DNA from: Malacoraja senta
Lineage: Eukaryota
Length of the DNA stretch: 64,000 nucleotides
Assembly (NCBI GenBank): GCA_038087875.1
Contig: CM075988.1
Location: forward strand, 1-64,000
Direction of reading: 5' to 3'
The translations under genes were made by a program, and so were the position numbers. Of this stretch, positions 63,021 to 64,000 are shown in pieces. The notes beneath the pieces are model-generated. The model was not told the origin of the DNA and did no database searches. It saw only the letters and a program-made list of their open reading frames with translations. Positions within the stretch are counted from its first letter, which is position 1. The number at the start of each line of letters is the position of its first letter.

Positions 63021-64000
63021 TTAGACTAAGTGGGACCATTGGGTCCCAGCATCACACGGGAGGGCTGGTCCCCCAAAGCAATATTCCACCTATCCACCAA
63101 TTCCAATATTGGTGGCCAGTGGTGGGGGGGGCTTTCAGGAGCGCTAGTATGGGTGTTGTGGGCTGAAGGGACTGGTTTCCAGAGGGCTAGTATGGACATT
63201 GTGGGCCAAATGGATTCTTGGGCTGGTGGCTCAGTCACTCAAGCCTGATGTGCTGGCAGCTCAGTCACTCAAGGCTGGTGGGCTGGCAGTTGACTCACGG
63301 CTATTCCTTGAAATTCCATTTCAAGCAGGGTGCAAGGCCACCAAATTCAAATAGCAGTTTCTTACCACTTCAAGCAGGGTGCAAGGCCACCAAATTCAAG
63401 TGCAGTTTCATACCATTTCCAGCAGGGTGCAAGGCCACTAAAGACAGTGAGTCATGACCTCTCCCTCCTCCATCTTGCAGAGACTGAGCCACGCCCACAC
63501 GTCTGGGTTTTATAGCCCCTCCCCTCCCACCAGAAGGGGCGTGGCCTTCATGGCGTGATTGACAGTAGAGAGAATCTCAACATTTTTTAAACACGAATAA
63601 CTCTTTTATTTTTCATCAATGGGAAAAATCCTCGGCACCTGATGGGTGGAGGGGACTCTGAGTAAGATGGCCAAAAATCACAGCGCAAACAGGAAGTGGT
63701 CAAGATTAGACTTTTAATTATCTAGAAGGCAAGGCAACTTTAATTAGGCAAGGCAACTTTAATTGGGCAAGGCAACTTTAATTAGGCAAGGCAGCTTTAA
63801 TTAGGCAACACAGCTTTAGCATTTCCAAACCAAGGGCAACACAGCTTTAGCATTTCCAAACAATATTTTCAAACCACATTAAGGGCACTGACAGGTCAGT
63901 AAAACACACTCACAGTTTAGTAGACATGTGTTCAGTGTTATTCACAGAGACTGAGAGACGTGACCCTCTCGCTCCCCCATCTTGCAGAGACTGACTGAGG
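63021..64000. repeat. Unclassified repeat with a terminal hairpin and internal tandem subrepeats (runs off the window end)
   Basis: gggacc-attg-ggtccc hairpin near the start; ~50-bp subrepeat (agcagggtgcaaggccac) x3 at 63322-63440; 19-bp aggcaaggcaactttaatt x4 at ~63727-63807. Confidence 0.45.

Overview
Vertebrate genomic DNA, very probably a cartilaginous fish (skate/ray-like; inferred from HE1/V-SINE-type SINEs and the CR1/Penelope landscape, species not determinable here). The only host gene is the 5' end of a minus-strand dysferlin (DYSF) gene. It has two phase-compatible alternative first coding exons (56395-56308, canonical C2A type; 23597-23504, DYSF_v1/C2Av1 type) and a shared 56-nt exon 2 (5913-5858); exon 3 is not visible in the window. 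Most of the rest is transposon-derived: one near full-length CR1 LINE and many CR1 3' fragments, Rex1/Babar, L2, Tx1-like and Vingi/Ingi-like LINE fragments, Penelope-like elements with minimal hammerhead ribozyme motifs, V-SINEs, three Harbinger-type MITEs, a P-like MITE and an internally deleted hAT element. The most notable item is a ~146-nt non-autonomous retroelement (62185-62330) whose 5' end is a 54-nt minimal HDV/CPEB3-like ribozyme fold and whose 3' end matches the Vingi-like LINE fragment elsewhere in the window. Repeat boundaries are approximate unless TSD/TIR positions are given; all family calls are by eye, with no database search.
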